Source of the DNA: an uncultured Muribaculaceae bacterium
GTDB lineage: Bacteria; Bacteroidota; Bacteroidia; Bacteroidales; Muribaculaceae
Reading direction: 5' to 3'
DNA length: 64,000 nucleotides
NCBI GenBank assembly: GCA_910578385.1
Contig: CAJTQV010000008.1
Span: 21,271 to 85,270 of the forward strand
Positions 60,358 to 64,000 of the stretch are shown here, in pieces. Both the position numbers and the translations under genes were made by a program. Every line of letters starts with the position of its first letter. The stretch's first letter is position 1. Under the pieces are notes generated by a model. It had not been told where the DNA came from and did no database searches. It saw only the letters and a program-made list of their open reading frames with translations.

Positions 60358-61251
60358 TTAATGAACCCATGTGAACGAGAGCTGCTCCATCACATCCGAA
60401 ACTGTCACTTCATCATCTTCGGGATCATTATAGTCGCTGAAACCGATAGCGACATTGATGATGTAACGGGTCTTCGAGTTCTTGAATGAAGAACCGGTGT
60501 CGGGAGCCATTCCGAGGAACAGGTAAATGGGCATACCATTTTCATCGATGTCGGTCAGACCGGTAGACTGCCATCCATCAGGCAGCGTGTCGGCCTTATA
60601 GAGAGAACCCTTGTAGCAGATGAACTCGATGTTCTCACCCTCGGGAGCCTCACCATCGGTCAGATACCAATAGGGAGAAACCAGACGGTAGAGAGCCTTC
60701 TTGGAATCCGGATAGTTTGTAGCCACCTGGATTGGCACATCTACAGCGTCCTCTGTTTCGAGGAATGAAGATGTGAGCTGCGCATAACCCGCATCCTCCC
60801 AGATAAGAATGAGCTCGTGACGAATCTTGAAGCTGAGAGACTGGTTGTCCTTATTGACGCTCAGGATACCATCCTCGGGTTCGGTGAGCTTTATAGTAGC
60901 TGCATAGTCGAAACCGGGCTCGATGAGACTTGCATCGATCGAGATGGGGTACTCCGCAGTCAGCTTGCCTTTCTCAAAGGTTACTGTGGAAGGACCGGAG
61001 AGACAGTCAGTCTTTGTTTCGAAAGTTACATCGATTGTTGCTTCCGTACTGGCGTCGGCACGAGAGACTGTAACATTGTAGACTGACGGCATATCGTCAT
61101 CAGCAGGAATTTCCACGGTGAGCGACGGCTTAGCGAATGCGTAGGCTTCGCCGTATGATTTCGGGCCATCCCAGTATTTGCCTTCGCTGCACGAAGTGAG
61201 CGCAAGCATGGTGAGGGAAAGCGCGGAAAGTGCTATATTTTTGAATTTCAT
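60358..61251 (-). CDS. SusD-adjacent surface lipoprotein
   Basis: Lipobox LTSC, Ig-like N-terminal part, acidic composition. Confidence 0.78.
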   Translation of the reverse strand: MKFKNIALSALSLTMLALTSCSEGKYWDGPKSYGEAYAFAKPSLTVEIPADDDMPSVYNVTVSRADASTEATIDVTFETKTDCLSGPSTVTFEKGKLTAEYPISIDASLIEPGFDYAATIKLTEPEDGILSVNKDNQSLSFKIRHELILIWEDAGYAQLTSSFLETEDAVDVPIQVATNYPDSKKALYRLVSPYWYLTDGEAPEGENIEFICYKGSLYKADTLPDGWQSTGLTDIDENGMPIYLFLGMAPDTGSSFKNSKTRYIINVAIGFSDYNDPEDDEVTVSDVMEQLSFTWVH

Positions 61252-61291
61252 ATTTACTTCGATAATTAAGAATTACACGAACATTGATAAA

Positions 61292-62893
61292 TTAGATGTC
61301 ATCAACAGGACTCGGCTTTGCCCAAGCCTCGTTGTTGTCACCGATAGCCTTGTTAGCCTGCATCTCACCATTGGGGATAAGGATAGGCTTAAGAGGAGCG
61401 GGGACATTGTAAACCCATACTGACTCCCAGCCACCGCCACGGCGGTCAAGACCCTTGTTCAGACGAAGGAGGTCAAAGTAGGCCAGACCCTCGCCCCACA
61501 GCTCGATACGACGCTGCAACCAGCACTCTTCCTGCACCTCTTCCTTAGAGCTTGCGGTGACAGTATAAGAGGGGTTACGATATGTCTTGATGAAGTTTTC
61601 AAGCATAGTCGCACCTGCAGAGGGATTACCGGCCATTGCCGTAGCCTCAGCCTGGATGAGATACATCTCCTCGACACGCATCAGGAAGTAGTCGTTGGCG
61701 TTGGTTACAGTTCCGATTTCATTTTGATATGCACCGAACTTAACCTGTGTATAACCTTCAGGACTGAATTTTGCGAGGAATTTTGCTTCAGCCGATGTCA
61801 GGTTGTTACTTGAGCCGCTTGAGCTTAGCCACCAACCTTTACGGGCGTCATTTGTACCGATTGCGGCATAGAGAGCCTTGTTGATACGACGTGTAGCACC
61901 TACTGTCCAGTAACCGTTGCTGTTGAACGAGCCCATCATCGAGGGGAAGTTCACAATACCTGAGGTAACGGCACGGTCAGTCTCCTGAATATAGATTGCC
62001 CACATACACTCGTGGTCGTTTGAATCCCAGAAACCGGGGCGAGATGCCTCTTCAATTGAAAGAGGAGTACATCCGGAAGTCTGGATAGCCTTGGCTGCGT
62101 CGTCGGCAGCAGCCTGCCAGTTGTTCATCACGAGGTTCACACGTGCGCGGAGACCATAGGCTGTTCCGAGCGAAACGAAACGTTTCGAACCGGTAGATGC
62201 GATTTCAGTAACAGGAAGACCGCTCTTGGTCAGCAGATCAATCGCAGTGTTGAGGTCGCTGAGAATCTGGTCATATACCTCCTGTACAGTTGCACGCGGT
62301 GCACCGTTAAGAGCGGCCTCATCAGAGTTAAGGTCTGTGATGAGGGGTACACAGGGAAGCGACTCATGACCGACATAAGTGTACTGGTAGAGCTGCGCGA
62401 GGGTGAAATAGATGTATGCACGGTTTGCATAACCCTGAGCTGCGAAGAGCTGGAGCTGTGCACTCTCCGGTTCAGCACCAATCGACGCGATAACATCGTT
62501 TGCCGCCTTGATCACCTTGTAGCCGAGATACCAGGACATACTGCCGACATAGGCTGTATTGGTACCCCATGAATAGTCGGAAACATCAGTTGAATACCAG
62601 TTGTAACCGATGTTTGAACTTACAAGGTCAGCAGTACCGGAGTCGAGCATGAGGCCCAACGAAGGCCATCCGAAGTCGAAGTGAGCTTCGGCATATACTG
62701 ACATGACACGTGGATATACCGCCGAGATACCTACCACGCCGGCCGAAGCGAGTTCGGGATTCATCTCAACCGACTCCTCCTTCTGATCCGCAGTCACGTA
62801 CGAATCCTCAGGGATAGTGTCGAGATTGTTACAGCTCGACAGACCCATTGAGAAGAGTGTCGCGGCTGCAATGTAATATATTTTTCTTTTCAT
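61292..62893 (-). CDS. SusD/RagB-family lipoprotein
   Basis: Lipobox LSSC, RAYIYF, QILSDL, MRVEEMYLIQAEA, RRIELWGEG..FDLLR. Confidence 0.93.
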   Translation of the reverse strand: MKRKIYYIAAATLFSMGLSSCNNLDTIPEDSYVTADQKEESVEMNPELASAGVVGISAVYPRVMSVYAEAHFDFGWPSLGLMLDSGTADLVSSNIGYNWYSTDVSDYSWGTNTAYVGSMSWYLGYKVIKAANDVIASIGAEPESAQLQLFAAQGYANRAYIYFTLAQLYQYTYVGHESLPCVPLITDLNSDEAALNGAPRATVQEVYDQILSDLNTAIDLLTKSGLPVTEIASTGSKRFVSLGTAYGLRARVNLVMNNWQAAADDAAKAIQTSGCTPLSIEEASRPGFWDSNDHECMWAIYIQETDRAVTSGIVNFPSMMGSFNSNGYWTVGATRRINKALYAAIGTNDARKGWWLSSSGSSNNLTSAEAKFLAKFSPEGYTQVKFGAYQNEIGTVTNANDYFLMRVEEMYLIQAEATAMAGNPSAGATMLENFIKTYRNPSYTVTASSKEEVQEECWLQRRIELWGEGLAYFDLLRLNKGLDRRGGGWESVWVYNVPAPLKPILIPNGEMQANKAIGDNNEAWAKPSPVDDI

Positions 62894-62929
62894 ATTGGTT
62901 TATCTGTTTAGTGTGAGAATCAAGAAGGT

Positions 62930-64000
62930 TTAGAATTCCACATGGATACCACCCGAGATACAACGCGAAGCCTTGTAGGTTGCACCCTCAGACGCTACGT
63001 AGCCCTGACGGGGGTCCATACCCTTGCGTGCCGACCAGAGGAAGAGGTTCTCGCCCGAAGCGTAGATACGCACATTCTGGAGACGGAGTTTGTTTACGAA
63101 GTTCTTCGGCAGTGTGTAACCGATAGTCACGTTCTGCAGCGAGAGATAGTTGCTTGAAGTAAGCCATCTTGTAGAAGATGAGTTAGTGTACTGGTCTTCA
63201 CTGCTAAGACGGGGAACGTCTGTATTTGTGTTCTCGGGAGTCCAAGCCTTGTTGATGTCGGTATGCCAGTTCTGGCCGAGATACTGACCACCGCTGTGCA
63301 TAAGGTTCTGATAAGTATAGTCAAGAATCTTACCACCGAACTGATATGCGAACGAAGCAGAGAAGTCAACACCGAAGAAAGTCAGGTTGGTGCCGAAACC
63401 ACCATAAGCCTTGGGCATGATATTGCCGGTTGCCTGACGGTTGTGGCTATATGCATCGTCGTAGTTGGTTGTGAGGAACTCGTTACCGTAAACAACGTTA
63501 CCGTACTTGTCGTAAGTTCTGTTACCGTCTGCATCAAGAACGGGAGATGCATCCCAGTAAAGCGCGAGACCTGTAGCAGGATCAACACCTGCGTACTTCA
63601 CGAGATAGAGGTCGTACATAGACTCACCCTCGCGGAAGATACGGCTACCGCTGATCATCTGACCCTTCAGGTCGGGGTGGAGCTCAAGCACCTTGTTGTT
63701 TACGTTGGTGATGTTGAAGTTGATATCCCACACAACATTCTGGTTCGAGATGGGACGAACATTAAGTTCGAGTTCGACACCACTGTTACGCATCGAACCG
63801 ATGTTCATAGGTATCGAAGAATAACCGAGCGACGGAGAAACAGGCTTGTTATAGAGCATGTCTGAAGTCTGGCGGTTGAAGTACTCGATTGTACCATAAA
63901 CGAGACCCTTCAGGAAGCTGAAGTCGAAACCGATATTGAACGAGTTTGAAGTCTCCCATGTAAGGTCTTTGTTACCTTTCTGTGCGAGCACACCGTCAGA
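62930..64000 (-). CDS. SusC/RagA-family TonB-dependent transporter, 5' part outside the window
   Basis: LTWETS, NIGSMRNSGVE, GVDPATG, WTPEN, YLSLQNVTIGY, terminal F. Confidence 0.93.
   Translation of the reverse strand, partial: SDGVLAQKGNKDLTWETSNSFNIGFDFSFLKGLVYGTIEYFNRQTSDMLYNKPVSPSLGYSSIPMNIGSMRNSGVELELNVRPISNQNVVWDINFNITNVNNKVLELHPDLKGQMISGSRIFREGESMYDLYLVKYAGVDPATGLALYWDASPVLDADGNRTYDKYGNVVYGNEFLTTNYDDAYSHNRQATGNIMPKAYGGFGTNLTFFGVDFSASFAYQFGGKILDYTYQNLMHSGGQYLGQNWHTDINKAWTPENTNTDVPRLSSEDQYTNSSSTRWLTSSNYLSLQNVTIGYTLPKNFVNKLRLQNVRIYASGENLFLWSARKGMDPRQGYVASEGATYKASRCISGGIHVEF

Overview
This is a Bacteroidales chromosomal window, probably Muribaculaceae-like; that placement is inferred from gene content, TAnnTTTG promoters and short YFNLQGV C-terminal tails. 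Left to right it carries: a sigma54 NtrC/NtrY-type two-component pair; a PhoBR-like pair divergent from a PiT-type phosphate transporter; a secreted multidomain GH13 alpha-amylase; a ~25 kb upxY-wza-wzc-wzx-wzy polysaccharide locus; tRNA-Ser(GGA); housekeeping and transport genes; an oxalate catabolic operon (frc-oxc-AEC transporter); a divergent RND efflux system; a RAYT-like HUH transposase; two tandem secreted paralogues; a C10 cysteine protease; and a susC/susD-lipoprotein locus cut by the window end. The polysaccharide locus has only one recognisable elongating glycosyltransferase but a large acyl/aminoacyl tailoring set (2 ACPs, 2 SDRs, FabH-like, AMP-ligase, 2 ATP-grasp, 3 DegT-like, GNAT, deacetylase, MBL, exported serine hydrolase). 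The oxalate operon contains a GTAG-type REP doublet. The transposase has an extra C-terminal domain and sits beside an 11-bp tandem array. Most notable are the RAYT fusion with its REP/repeat context, the tailoring-heavy capsule locus, and a domain shared by a SusD-adjacent lipoprotein and two secreted proteins. All calls come from motif reading; no searches were run.
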